Shown here piece by piece: positions 42,352 to 55,408 of a stretch of DNA of 64,000 nt. The stretch lies in contig NIVC01003606.1 in NCBI GenBank assembly GCA_002269645.1, positions 24,453 to 88,452 of the forward strand, written 5' to 3'. The translations under genes and the position numbers were made by a program. Source of the DNA: Macrostomum lignano. Lineage: Eukaryota. Numbering within the stretch: position 1 is the stretch's first letter; each line of letters starts with the position of its first letter. Below the pieces are notes generated by a model. That model was not told where the DNA came from. It searched no databases and saw only the letters and a program-made list of their open reading frames with translations.

Positions 42352-45300
42352 TCAACTAATATAGAGAGTATTGAGCACCAGCACGTGGTGATTATTCTTG
42401 GCCAGGGTCACCACATAGCCCTCGCTAGTGATCTTCAGGCCGCAGCAGCGGGACACTTTCACAGCCGGGCACTCGAACTCGGAGGTGAGCTGTCCGGCCG
42501 AGTTAAACACGGCCACGTGGAACTTGTTGCCATGGGAATCGCCGACTAGCACGTCGCCGTGGTCGCTAATGTCGATGCCGTTAGGAAAATTAGTGATAAC
42601 CTCTGAACCGATGCGTCTAAGGAAGACGCCGTCGTCTTGAAAGACGCAGACGCAGTGGCCTTTGAAATCGCAGATGAAGTACTCGCGGCCCTGGATGGCA
42701 ATGTCGGACGGCTCGCGCATATAGCTGGAGCAGTCGAACCATTTCACCAGGTCGCCAGTGTCGGCGATGACAAACACTGTTGGCGACACGGAGTCCACAG
42801 CCACGATGTGCTGCTGACTGTTGATGGCCAGTCCGGCCACAATGTCGATGTATCGGACGGTGATCTTGCGCAGGAATTGGCCGGTCTTGCTGAACAGCTG
42901 CATCCGGCTGCGCTCGCTGCCGCGGTCGCAGACAACGAATCTGGAGGACTGGCGCATCACAGCCACCTTGCGCGGATACCACAGCTGGCCCTCCTCGCGG
43001 CCGGCGATGCCGAACTGGGACTTGTGCTCGCCGGACTTGTCGAATATCTGCAGTAGTTTAGGGATTCCGGATCGGCACTCAGGGATATGTTAGTTGCTAG
43101 GGGGATTTTTTGGATGGTTAGTTGCTTGGGGCGATTGTTGGGGTGCGTTTTAGTTGCTAGGGCGATTGTTGGGGTGGATTTTAGTTGCTAGGGCGATTGT
43201 TGGGGTGGATTTTAGTTGCTAGGGCGATTGATGGGATGTATTAGTTGCTACGGGACTTTTCTAAAGAATCAGCTTGCTAGGGCGGTTGTTTGCGGTGCAC
43301 TTGTTGGCGGGAAGATATTTTGAGTCGATTAGTTGCTGCGGGGTGCCTACAGTATTTAGTTGCTATGACGATTTTAGGATTGGATTAGTAATCATAACTA
43401 ACGCAGCCCCACCTGAATGCGATGATTTTGAGTGTCGGCCACAACAATGTCCTCCTCAGGGCCGAGGCAGAAGCCGTGCGGCGAGTTGAACTGGCCAATT
43501 GCGGAGCCCAGCGAGCCCCATCGATGCCGCACAGTCATGGGAATGCACCGGCCAGTCCGGAAGGCCCCGGCAGCCGAGGCCACCGACGACTTCGGATTCT
43601 GCTGAGTAGGCGACGCGGAGCCCGGCGCCCCGCCGCCAACAATACTGCCAGCGCCGCTACTGCCGGCGCCACCACCGGCGCCGACGCCGACAAGCGAAGC
43701 AAAGTCGAACTGTTGCTGCATGACATCTAGCTGAAGCTTGCCAACTCCGCCCAGTACGGAGCTGAGCAGCGGCTCGGAGCCAATGCTGACGCCGCTGTCG
43801 GAGCCAGGCGCGCCCGGGCTGGGCTGGGAGGGCAGGCCGAACAGGGCCGGGTTGTTGCCGGTGGCGTACGTCACTGGCGGACCGGCCGGTGCCGGCTCCG
43901 GCTTGATGGCGAAGGCGGACGCCTGCGGTGCAAACAGAGAGGGGATCGATTGGAGCTGGCTGACACACGCCAAAACAGCATCTCTGTGAACTTCCTAATT
44001 TAGATGTCCACAGTGCTGCGGATAGTATCCGGGTATTTTAGACACGGTGGCATTCTGGGTATTTTTGACACGGTGGCATTCTGGGTATTCTAGACACGGT
44101 AGCATTGGGGGTATGTCAGACACGGTAGCATTGGGGGTATTTTAGACACGGTAGCATTGGGGTATTTCAGACACGGTAGCATTGGGGTATTTCAGACACG
44201 GTAGCATTGGGGGTATTTTAGACACGGTAGCATTGGGGTATTTTAGACACGGTAGCATTGGGGTATTTCAGACACGGTAGCATTGGGGTATGTCAGACAC
44301 GGTAGCATTCTGGGTATTTTAGACACGGTAGCATTGGGGGTATGTCAGACACAGTAGCATTGGGGTATTTCAGACACGGTAGCATTGGGGTATTTCAGAC
44401 ACGGTAGCATTGGGGGTATTTTAGACACGGTAGCATTGGGGTATTTTAGACACGGTAGCATTGGGGTATTTCAGACACGGTAGCATTGGGGTATGTCAGA
44501 CACGGTAGCATTCTGTGTATTTTAGACACGGTAGCATTGGGGGTATGTCAGACACGGTAGCATTGGGGTATTTCAGACACGGTAGCATTGGGGGTATTTC
44601 AGACACGGTAGCATTGGGGTATTTCAGACACGGTAGCATTGGGGGTATTTCAGACACGGTAGCATTGGGGGTATTTTAGACACGGTAGCATTGGGGTATT
44701 TCAGACACGGTAGCATTCTGGGTATTTCAGACACGGTAGCATTGGGGTATTTCAGACACGGTAGCATTCTGGGTATTTTAGACACGGTAGCATTGGGGTA
44801 TTTTAGACACGGTAGCATTCTGGGTATTTTTGACACGGTGGCATTGGGGGTATTTTAGACACGGTAGCATTCTGGGTATTTTAGACACGGTAGCATTCTG
44901 GGTATTTTAGACACGGTAGCATTCTGGGTATTTTAGACACGGTAGAATTCTGGGTACTTTAGACACGGTAGCATTCTGGGTATTTTAGACACGGTAGCAT
45001 TCTGGGTATTTCAGACACGGTAGCATTGGGGGTATTTCAGACACTGTAGCATTCTGGGTATTTTAGACACTGTAGCATTCTGGGTATTTCAGACACGGTA
45101 GCATTGGGGGTATTTCAGACACGGTAGCATTCTGGGTACTTTAGACACGGTAGCATTCTGGGTATTTCAGACACGGTAGCATTCTGGGTATTTCAGACAC
45201 GGTAGCATTGGGAGTATTTCAGACACGGTAGCATTCTGGGTATTTTAGACACGGTAGCATTCTGGGTATTTTAGACACGGTAGCATTCTGGGTATTTCAG

Positions 45301-47671
45301 ACACGGTAGCATTGGGAGTATTTCAAACACGGTAGCATTGGGGGTATTTCAGACACGGTAGCATTGGGAGTATTTTAGACACGGTAGCATTGGGGGTATT
45401 TCAGACACGGTAGCATTGGGGTATTTCAGACACGGTAGCATTGGGAGTATTTTAGACACGGTAGCATTGGGGGTATTTCAGACACGGTACTTCAGTTTTC
45501 CACACCTGCTGCAAATCGCCAGAAGCGGCTTCGCCAAGCGCGGCGGCAACAGCGGCCGCATTGACCGGCATGCCGGATGCGGCCGCGGCGGCAGCAGCGG
45601 CGGCGGCGGCAGACACCGCGGCATTGGCTGGTACAGCAGTCGTAGTGGGCGTGGGCGGGCCGCCGGGCGTTACAAAGCGACCAAAATTCGATAGCACGAG
45701 ACTGCGAAACTCGGCGTGATTGGCTTTGAACGGCACCGAGGCCGGCAGGTCGGTGTCCCAGTGGCTGCGCATGAGTGTGGCCGCCCAGTCCCTGAGCACC
45801 TTGGCTGCGTAGGCGGCGCAAACAGGGCCGGCGCGATCGCTGTAAGCTCGGACGAAAGCGGCCGCCTCGGACATCTGGTCGGCGCCCTTGGCAACGGCGT
45901 CTAGCTGTTCCATGACTCGCATCTCCAGATCGCTGTGCAGTTTGCGATTTTCTTCTAACAGACGATTTCCAGCCTCTTCGATGAAGGCCTTGTAGGAGGC
46001 CAGGGCCTCGCGAATGGCGCCCTCGTTGTGCTGTCGGCTGTCCTCGATCTCGGTGAGGCGCTCCTGCGAGCGGGGAGAGATAAGTTACTTGGGATTTACT
46101 AATACGATCCAATTAACAGTACGAAACATGGAAATTTGCACCTGGGAAGGGGGTAGTCATATGAGGATCTGGATGACAAAGTAACTTCAGGATCTGGGAG
46201 TCGGGAGGAGATATTAGATTAACTTAAGAATATAAAGATGGCGGATTAACCTGAGGATCTGGGACTGGGAGATGGCGGATTAACCTGAGGATCTGGGACT
46301 GGGAGATGGCGGATTAACCTGAGGATCTGGGACTGGGAGATGGCGGATTAACCTGAGGATCTGGGACTGGGAGATGGCGGATTAACCTGAGGATCTGGGA
46401 CTGGGAGATGGCAGATTATAATAATGATTTGTAGTGAGGTAGGCAGCCGGTTAACCGTGAGAACATGAGAAACAGGTTTTATAACTCAGATACTGTATTT
46501 AAGTGGTTGGCAACTAGCTCACCTGCATTTTGACGTGCTCAATTTGCCATTTACGCTGGCAATCGCGCAGCTTCTTAGCGTCGTCGGCCAGAGCGGCAAC
46601 GAGCCGCCGGCCGGCTGACAGGGCCGGTTCCACCCGGTGCAGCTTGTGGCCGGTAGCCACGCATTCGGCGCAGTGCAGGCCGGCACAGTCGTGACAGTAG
46701 TAGCGAGTCCGTTCGGCCGGATGCTCGGCGCAGCTCAGCTGGGCGCCAACCTGGTCGGCGTCGTCATCATCGTCGGCAGCTCCTTGGTCGTCGTTGTCAC
46801 CGTTGCTGGCCTCGGCGTTGCCGTTGCTGCCGCCTGCGGAGGCGAGGTCGCGGACCCGGTGCCTGCTGAACATCTTCATGACGGAGTGCGCCTGCCGGCA
46901 GGCCTGACACAAGTAGTCGGCGCATTCGCGGCATCTGGCAACCGCTTCGGCTCCGGTTGTGCAGCCGCCGCAGCGAGGCTGCTCCGCCTTTGGCGCGGCT
47001 TCCTGTGGTTGTAGGTCCAAAGGGGTGTTTCTTCGGGATTTCGAGGGGATATATGGGATCTGGGAGGATATGGGGATGTCGAGGGGATATATGGGATCTG
47101 GGAGGATATGGGGATGTCGAGGGGATACAGGGGATCAGGGAGAATATGGGGGGAGGGGTTTGAGCGAATCTGGGACGATGTGAGCATTTCTTATGGCCAA
47201 ACTCACCCGCATGTACAGATGGTCGCGAGTCAGGCCAGCCAATCCCAGATTGGCATCCAACACAGTGGGGGTGTGGCATTTCGGACAGAAAAGTACAAGA
47301 TCGGCCAGCCCAGTGCGGCTGGCCTGCAGGCAGGGCAGATCAAAGCGGTGCAGGCAGGCCAGGAACACCGGCTCGGTGAGAGGCCGCTGGCACAGGCTGC
47401 AGTCGCCAGCCAGAGAGGCGGCCTTGGCTACCGCAGCCTCTTGCTGGCTAACCGCATCGTCTCCATCAAGACAGCAATTGCCGAATGTCTCCAGCAGACC
47501 GGCGGCCTCAGCTGCGTCATCCTCTTCGTCAGATTTATTGTTGCCATTGCCGATATTGAAGTGGCGGCCAGTCAGCTGATTATATTCCTCATTGTTACCG
47601 AGCAGCAGCTGGGAGCCCGGGCTGCTCTGCTCCAAGATGTCATCGTAGGCGTGGGTCATCTCGTCCGACAT
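42352..47671 (-). CDS. brat: Brain tumor (brat/NCL-1)-type TRIM-NHL protein: RING-like, two B-boxes, coiled coil, NHL repeats; 902 aa
   Basis: Exons (minus): 47671-47207, 47002-46523, 46063-45506, 43922-43413, 43047-42352, all phase 0 and open. NHL motifs [85 protein letters not shown] match recalled Brat. Confidence 0.94.
43095..43330. repeat. About 30-bp degenerate repeat (TTAGTTGCTAGGGCGATTGTTGGGGTGGAT) in brat intron 4
   Basis: About 6 units. Confidence 0.85.
44030..45490. repeat. 24-25-bp minisatellite (AGACACGGTAGCATTGGGGTATTT)n in brat intron 3
   Basis: About 58 units. Confidence 0.97.
46240..46415. repeat. About 34-bp tandem repeat (GGCGGATTAACCTGAGGATCTGGGACTGGGAGAT) in brat intron 2
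   Basis: 4-5 perfect units. Confidence 0.93.
47035..47150. repeat. About 38-bp short tandem repeat in brat intron 1
   Basis: GGGATCTGGGAGGATATGGGGATGTCGAGGGGATATAT, about 2.5 copies. Confidence 0.8.
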
Positions 47672-50024
47672 GCCTGCTTCGATGTGATGCTCTTTGGACT
47701 AGACTTCAGACTAGATGGTAGCACAGATATAAAATTATATATGTTTATTGTTTTGACTAGAATATAGAAATTATTTAGTATAGAGTTGGGCAGGCTGTGT
47801 AGGCCAGGAACCAAAAGTGCGCATGAATTAATAAAAATGTAAGAAATCTATATATAGTTCCCTCTCATATGTAGTAATATTGGCCATTCTATAACTGATG
47901 CAAATGAATGTTGCCAGTTCCAAAGCTTTTTTGAGCAGAGCTCTTAACTCCCTGGGGTTGGGGACTCATGCAATCAGAGATTTTTTATGCCTGATGTCTT
48001 TTGAGCTAGTTAAAAGAGCCCAAAGATGACTTGCTCTTATTGGCTGTTGTAGATTCAATACCAATTAGTTCTGGGAGTGAACTGGTCAATTTAAGGGGCA
48101 CTATAAAACCATACTTTTAAATAAATACTTTAAATGCTTTCTATTTAGGGGGAATGCCTGATATCTTTGTAAAGGCTTTATTTTGTTGTCTTTTTGGTAC
48201 TTTTAGAAAAAAAGAGATTCATAGCAAACATCTTTGTCTCTGACAAGTTTACTTAAAAAGGTGATTTATAAAACTGAAGAAAGAATTTTTTTTTAAAAAT
48301 GTTTGCTTTATATTATTGGATTTGCATAAAAAATTCTGTTCCTTGCTTATTGGTTGCCCCAAAGAAGGGTATAGCTAGACACCAAATGAATGAGACACAT
48401 TCAACCATCCCTAGAAGTGGTTAGAACCATGTTCAACCATCCTTAGAACCTATTGGCCTAGTTGATACTAGTGTTGGTGGTACTTGCAATGGAAGAAGTA
48501 GCTTTTGTTGATCTCAACATTGACACCAGGCCTTCCAAGCTGCAATAGATGGTCTTATAGGAATTGGCCAGATATCATAGCAGAAATTCACTAATCCATG
48601 GTAGTCTAGATAGCAATATTTCTATTGTTGCTAGGTGACTAGGTGTCCTCCTGTTTGGCTTGTACTGCCTATTAGTAGATAAAGTTGACTAATTATCTCA
48701 AGGGCAAATGGCAAATAGCTAGATCCTTTTTGGATCAAGGCTTATGTCTAACATTATGGACATGCCTAGTAGTATCAGTCAACAAAGCAACCACTTTCTT
48801 GTTTCTGCAGACATGTAGATAGCTACCTAGGATAGATAAGACAACAACATTGATTGGCTAGCAGGTACTATATGGCTAGCTGATGGATAATTGTATTATT
48901 GGTGGCTATTATTGCACTTAGCTTATATATTGTCCATAATAGAACTGTGGAAGGGTAGCTTGTCTAACAAATAGTAGGAAAATAAATGTCAACATATATT
49001 TAAGCAAAACAAACTATATAGTCCAAAGGCGGGTCAAAACAATTGTGTAGAATTTCAAGTGCCAAGTACACAATGAAAGGAGAAAGAGAAAAATGTGTTT
49101 TTTTATATAGTTTGTACAGAATGTACAGTTTGTTTTGCTTAAAATACATTGGTGTTGGGAATTAAGGTTAATTGAATTTGTTTTGGCAACATCTTGTGTT
49201 TGACAAAACGCATTGGCTAAAAAAGATTTATTTTTATTTCATGTTTTTGTTGACATTCATTTTCCTACTATTTGTCCATAATAAGAATTATACTTGTTAG
49301 TAAGATAAGATAAGGCATCTAGCCATGATTGCTTAAGAGATAGATTAAGACAAGAAATCAAGGTAATAAATCTCTCAAAATCCCTTTTCTACCCTAGTCC
49401 CTTTTCAAAAACAAGGAGCAATTGCAGGTTTTGGCCATAGACATAGCCAATAGCCATCTTAAAGTAATAGATATAGATATAAAATAGATTTATTGCTATA
49501 TCTTAAACTTAGGATTAATTAAGTTTAAAAATTTATTTGCAATAACTATAAGGAAGTGCTTCTTTTATAAAATAATTAAATATGCAAAACTAGAAAATTG
49601 TCTAAAATTGTAGTTTAATAAAATTTACTTCTTTAAAATAAAGGTTTTGGCTTTGGGCAAAAGTAATTAGTATGCAATAATAATATGCAAAATATATAAC
49701 AAAAAGTTGAAATGCATTTTAAAGCAGTTATAGCTATAGCCTAGGTTATATAATAGAAAGCAATGTTGCCACTATAGCAACCAAAGAAATTATTGCAAGA
49801 TAAGAAAAAAATTGCAGGAACAAATTTCTTATTTGTCATAGAGAAAAAGGCACCAGTATGCAAAAACAACTTTCTTTTTTAGCTTTCCATTTCTAATTCT
49901 GTCTTCTATTTGACTAAAAAAACTACTACAATTTGCTATAACTGCATGCAACTCTCATTTACACCGAATCAGTGAAGTAGTCATACAACACAAGCATTTT
50001 CTTAAGGGAAGACAGGCATACAAA

Positions 50025-50640
50025 CACTCAGCAACAGTCGAAACCGCCACCCTACTGAGAGGCGACTTCTCTCTCACCTCAACTGCAAGTGACATAACTT
50101 GCACGACAGTGTGGCTAAAGCTGGGTGAGAGTGAATTCCAGGGTGAGAGTACAAAAGGGACTGGGGTTGGGGTTGGGATGCAACAGTACATGTGACAATG
50201 GTCAGGCATATGACAGACGCTGAATGATGGCCCACTGTTGGCATGCTAGAAGCTGGTGCATCCATCAGCGCAGTTGCTCGCCAATTTGGCCAATCACGTT
50301 CAACAATTCAAGCGCTGTTAACGAAGTCCCAAGAGACTAGAAGTATTCAGCACACAGCCATAGGCAGACAGCGCCATGATCTCCGCGGCTCAACAGCCAG
50401 GGCAAATCAACGTCTGCTGCAGATTGTCAGGCGAACTCCAACCATGCCAGCCATCCTGCTCTATCTAATGTGGGGTAAAAGAAGCAGATGGGGTATCCCC
50501 TGCATCCCCTGATTGCCCTCTCCTGCATTCACTCACACCCAGCTTTAGCCACGCCATGGTGCAAGTTACATCACTTGCAGTTGAGGTGAGAGAGAAGTCG
50601 CCTCTCTTGGTAGGGTGGCGGTTTTGACTGTTGCTGAGTG
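50025..50640 (+). mobile_element. Tc1/mariner internal-deletion derivative (about 113-bp TIRs, N-terminal HTH remnant)
   Basis: CACTCAGCAACAGTC..GTGAAT and ATTCAC..GACTGTTGCTGAGTG|TA are inverted. ORF 50243-50512 MLEAGASISAVARQFGQSRSTIQ resembles the Tc1 paired-like HTH. Left TA TSD not intact. Confidence 0.8.
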
Positions 50641-51769
50641 TATAATATAGATTACTGATGTTCATTATGGAACCGACCCGAGCAACCAACTAAAACACAA
50701 GATGCTATCTATGACCGCTGATGAGTAATAACAATTTTACAACTAAATTTTGTGCTATATTCCAGTTGTCTGAATCTGTTCTCAATTCTATATAGCTAAA
50801 ATAAATTCTTTTAATATTTTAATTGTTGATCAATGTTGGTTAATATAGGGGAAGAAATACTTTTATGTGAATCTTTGTTTGGCTAATCAAATGTTAGTCA
50901 GGCAAAACTGCAGGCTCTTCAGTAGATGTTCATTTTTTCTTTGGAACCTTTGGTAGGACAGATTGAGTGCCGAACTCTGGCTGTCTCTTTTGCCAAGCCA
51001 TTTTGTCAGCAGCTTTCTTCAGTGCTCGCTCGACTGCAGCATGCTCAACCTTCTTTTGCAAGCTTCAAAACCAAAGGCTTGCACAGCCTCACGCTATATT
51101 GATGACATTCATGACACTTGAATTGAGCACAAAATAACACACAGTACTTGAAAAAAGTTGAAAGGACTAATGTCCCTAAAAAATTGCAGGAAATGAGCAA
51201 AATAGACAAAATTATTGCTGAGCAATAAAAAATCGCTGAGCAATAAAAAATTGCAGTGGTGGCAACACTGATAGAAAGGTAGGCCTATACATAATATAGG
51301 GCCTAGCCTGTATAGCCATAGGCATAGGCTATATATAATCTAAATCATGGTGAACATGAAATCTTGACTCAAAATTCAGAGGAAATTTGGAAGGACACTC
51401 AGAAGAAACACTTAAAGATGGCCAAAAATTATTGATAGGCCTTGCCCTTAGTATATAGTGATAATAATTTACACACACTGAGACTAGGAACCAACACCAA
51501 GCTATAGCAGGCGCAGGCCTAGTATATACTTGTTAGGCCTATTTTGACTTAGACTTACGCCCCTATAACCTATCACTAGTTCATACATTGACATCCTGTA
51601 TAATATTTTGTGGCAGACGAACCGGCAGTAGACGAAATGACCGTCAATCAAATAGATGAAGACACTCAGAGACAACACTCTGAGAGTCTGAGTGTTCTTA
51701 ATGTTAAATATTACATTTTTTATTAATAACCTTTTACTTGTTCTGACGGCTCATTTGTCGGCTCCCAGT

Positions 51770-52725
51770 TAGTAGTAGTAGTTGAATTTGGCTCAGACAA
51801 TTAGCCTGTTTGGCCAATATAATATAGGGCAATCAATTGGAGAAATTTTCGAAATAGAAGTTTATAAAGACGAAATTCGACGTAGTAGTAGTAGTAAGAG
51901 AATTTGGCTCAGGCAATTAGCCTGTTTGGCCAATATATTATAGAGCTATGTATTTGGAATTTTCGAATATAGAAGTTTATAAAGACGGTTTGACGACGAT
52001 TTGCTGAGTTATTGTAAAAGATAAAGTATTTGAAAGCGCGCCAGAATTTTTACGGTATTTTTAGACGAAAAGTGACGACTAACAACTAACGAGTATAAAT
52101 ATTAATACAAAAATGAGTACAAATTACGAGGTATAGCTTTAATTGCGAGATTACTTTGGTAAGCGAGTTTGTAAAAAAAAAAAGATGTAGTATTTTTGAA
52201 AGCGCGTGATATTTCAAAGCGTGAAAAACGAACATAAACAATACTTCGAAAGAATTTTACTTTTAACGAATAACGACGATTTAAATATAGGAAATTAAAA
52301 AAGACAGTAAATGAATAAACAACTGAAAAGCGGATTTGTTACACTGCTGATGTATCTGATTCAGTTTGTTTAACTGTTTTAGCTATTCATGACTTCATAT
52401 ATTTTAGCTACACCAGTGAGCTCTTTTCTGACTCTTTTTTCATTTGTAGCATATCCTATCTTGTGTATTTGATTGCTATTTAAGAGGTATTGACAGAAGT
52501 ATTTTTTCCTGATCTCTTCAGTTTGTGGACATTCGGTCAAGTAGTGTAGAATGTCAGAACCATTTCGCGCTCCACACATTTTACATGGTTCTTGAGAAAA
52601 AAAGTTGGGTGTAATCTCGCATTTCAGTTTTAGGAGGGTTGTTATGTAAAAGATAAAGTATTTGAAAGCGCGCCAGAATTTTTTACGGTATTTTTGGACG
52701 AAAAGTGACGACTAACAACTAAAAT
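51770..52725 (-). mobile_element. Possible 3'-end remnants of a non-LTR retrotransposon (CCHC tail, duplicated UTR blocks, (TAC)n tails)
   Basis: CKMC-x9-H-x4-C at about 52590-52520. About 85-bp direct repeat 52010-52095 / 52637-52725. About 110-bp tandem duplication 51770-51990, each unit with a (GTA)n run. Confidence 0.4.
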
Positions 52726-53701
52726 ACAAATTTCAAGTATTTAAAAAGGGAATTATAATATGAGTATGGATGAGTATAAATATGAGTACAAAAATGAGTA
52801 CGAATTTATTGCTTTGATTACGAGATTACGAGATAAGGTACGAATGAAATTCGAACAAAAAATCGAAAAGAAAAAAATGATGTAGACTAGTTTTCAAATG
52901 ATCGCGAATAAGAATATATAACGATATATAGCCGTTAAATATCCAGGTAATTCGGCGACAAGCTAATTCGGCGACAACCAATTCGGCGACAAGTCAGTTC
53001 GGCGACAGCCAATTCGGCGAATGCTGAAGGTTCAAGAAAGTCCAAATACGACACTCGTTGAAATTTAAAATATTGCCATTGTACTTGCCATTCAAGTAAG
53101 GTAATTTTGTTTTAATCATGCCGAATATGCACGTTTTCTAAGAGGTGCGTGTACGTCCCTTTGGAGTCTCGGACTTGGAGTTAGTGAATTTTTAGGTCCG
53201 TACGGCCTATATTTAATTTACGATTATTTGTCATAGCATGTTTACAATATATTTAAATCGACGATCAAACAATTGACGAGTGAAAAAGTTAATTAAAAGT
53301 TAAAAATTTTAAAAGTTAAAACCAAGGTGGACTAGGCCATACAGTAGGATAAAATAGAATGTATAAGTATTCGACGTTACTTTTTTCAAAAAGTTGAAAA
53401 AAATCAACAACTTATAAAAATTGTAGTTGAGTCGCTAGTTTAGTTAGGCGCCGCACTAGTCAGCTGTTTCCCTCGCCCTCGCCCTCGCCCCAGGCTTCTG
53501 TCTGCCGCTGGGCAGTTGCCTGTCCCTTCTCGCCTGTCCTCATAGCTTGTCCTTTGTCCGTTTGCTGGTCTGTCTGTCTGTCCTTTTTTGCCCCTTTTGT
53601 CTCGTGCTCCCGTTTTGCAGTGCCCATGAGACAGCTTGGTCTGGCCTGCCTCTGTTTCATTCTCTGTTTGGCATCTCCAAATTTTTTCAATGTTTCATCA
53701 T

Positions 53702-55387
53702 TGTACTCTGGGCTCGTGTTTATGGGGACATCACGTGCGCCAGGACCCCTGCCTCCTCTGAGACAGAACCCGCTCGCTTGTTGCTAAAAATAGCAACAGA
53801 GTCACTCATGACTCTCAGCGGGGGGCTTTCGTGACATGGTGCAATCGATGCGGGTTCACCCCAACTGCCAGCCGGAAAACTGCCAGCCGACAACTGCCAG
53901 CCGAAAACTGCCAGCCGACAATTGCCAGCCGATAACTGCCAGCCGACAACTGCCAGTCGACAACTGCCAGCCGACAACTGCCAGCCGACAATTGCCAGCC
54001 GAGAAAACTGCCAGCCGGAAAACTGCCAGCCGACAACTGCCAGTCGACAATTGCCAGCCGAGAAAACTGCCAGCGAGAAAAACGCTAGATGTACGCCAGA
54101 CAAAGCGTTTGTACGCAGGCATTTTCCGGCGTATACTACACCTTCCACAATATGGCATTCAGGATCTAGCTAGAAAGTGTAGACAGCTTTGTTTACTATT
54201 TATTAAATCAGTTAATTATTCAGCAAAAACAGGTTACCATTGCATTGTTAAAGAAATCAGTTAGCCTAGCTACAAGTTGTTTTGTTTTATCGCCAACAAA
54301 AGTTTGTAAGCTTGTGCGGCATATGCGCGAATCAGAGCTGGCAACTTTCGGCTCCTGCACGAACATCTTGGTTCAAATTTCGTATTTTAGGTTGCCTTTG
54401 CTCTTTCTTTGAAAGCTTTATTTAAGTAAAGTAATTTAATAGACTTTTCTAGAATTGCGTCATATAGCAATCGCAAATTAAATAATAAAGTAAATAAACT
54501 TTTAATACAAAAATATTTACAATAGCTAGGAATTACAGAATGCCTTCTCCTTCACATATATACTTCTAATGGAAATCTGCAAAAATTAGGGAAGGGAAGG
54601 GCGACATTTAATGCTACCCCACAAGCCTTTTGCTAGCCAAACAGTTTCGTGCTTTTTACTTAGCTAATAAGTAGGCTACAGTAGATTCAATTAGCTAGAA
54701 CTTGTCGGCTGGCAGTTGTCGGCTGGCAGTTGTCGCGGCTGGCAGTTGTCGGCTGGCAATTGTCGGCTGGCAGTTTTCCGGCTGGCAGTTGTCGGCTGGC
54801 AGTTTTCCGGCTGGCAGTTGGGGTGCTCCCAATCGATGCTCCCTATAAATGTGGCCCCTCTCAGGGCTCGGTTCAGTCAACCCCTGTCGCGTTCCCGTTT
54901 TCTGCCTCTCTCAGTCAGAGTCTCTAAGTTTGTGTGCCAAGTTTCCGCCTAAGTTTGAACTCCCAAGTCTCCCGACTTTGCGCGTGCCGTGCTTCTGATT
55001 GCTCCCCTGCTATCAATTTAGCAGGCCAGCTTAGATCGCCCGATGCTAGCACCATCGCTCTAACCCCGCACCAGCCCGGCAGGGACTGCTGACTGTGGAC
55101 ACCTCTGCTTAAGAACTGCTAAATCTGCACGAAGTGCGAGTCTATCTCTCTCGTCTTAGTTATTTGCTTCTACGAGCTCGGCATCTCACCGAAGGCTGCG
55201 ACTCTGCGAAGCTGGTGGCAGCACTACCTACGCTACGAGAACTAGTTTCTAAGAAACCGCACGCTAGACGCCTCCGCCAGGAGCTGGAAGATCTGTCAGC
55301 CCTTCCGAGACAGCCCAAGGAAGCCGCAGACACGACATTGGCGGCAGCGGTCTAGTCAACAACCACAGGCAAGAAACCGGTACTTCA
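53702..55387 (+). mobile_element. Putative 5' LTR of an LTR retrotransposon (left boundary uncertain), split by a MITE
   Basis: Ends in ..TTCA one base before a PBS; TATA-like CTATAAAT at about 54843; about 700 bp after removing the MITE. Confidence 0.55.
53852..54830. mobile_element. Mutator(MULE)-type MITE, 979 bp, TIRs made of 14-bp repeats, 9-bp TSD
   Basis: AATCGATGC at 53843-53851 and 54831-54839. Ends GGGTTCACCCCAACTGCCAGCC / GGCTGGCAGTTGGGGTGCTCCC. (ACTGCCAGCCGACA)n in both arms. Confidence 0.9.
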
Positions 55388-55388
55388 C

Positions 55389-55408
55389 TGGTGGCAGCGG
55401 TGGGATTC
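55389..55408 (+). other. Primer-binding site complementary to the tRNA-Leu 3' end
   Basis: TGGTGGCAGCGGTGGGATTC is the reverse complement of GAATCCCACCGCTGCCA+CCA, the conserved animal tRNA-Leu(AAG/UAG-type) 3' end. Confidence 0.8.

Noticed and set aside
43095-43330. Multiple RFX half-sites (GTTGCTAGG) in a brat intron repeat
   Set aside because: Only half-sites, with no matching second half
51600-51770. Transposon-end-like motif (GTAGACGAAATGACCGTCAA) and a small hairpin
   Set aside because: No partner terminus or TSD found; the hairpin is too short and imperfect for a miRNA call
52946-53460. (AATTCGGCGAC)n subterminal-type repeats suggesting another MITE
   Set aside because: Could not define a matching opposite TIR or a TSD
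55134-55355. 73-aa ORF as a gag start
   Set aside because: It lies upstream of the PBS, inside the presumed LTR, and has no gag motif
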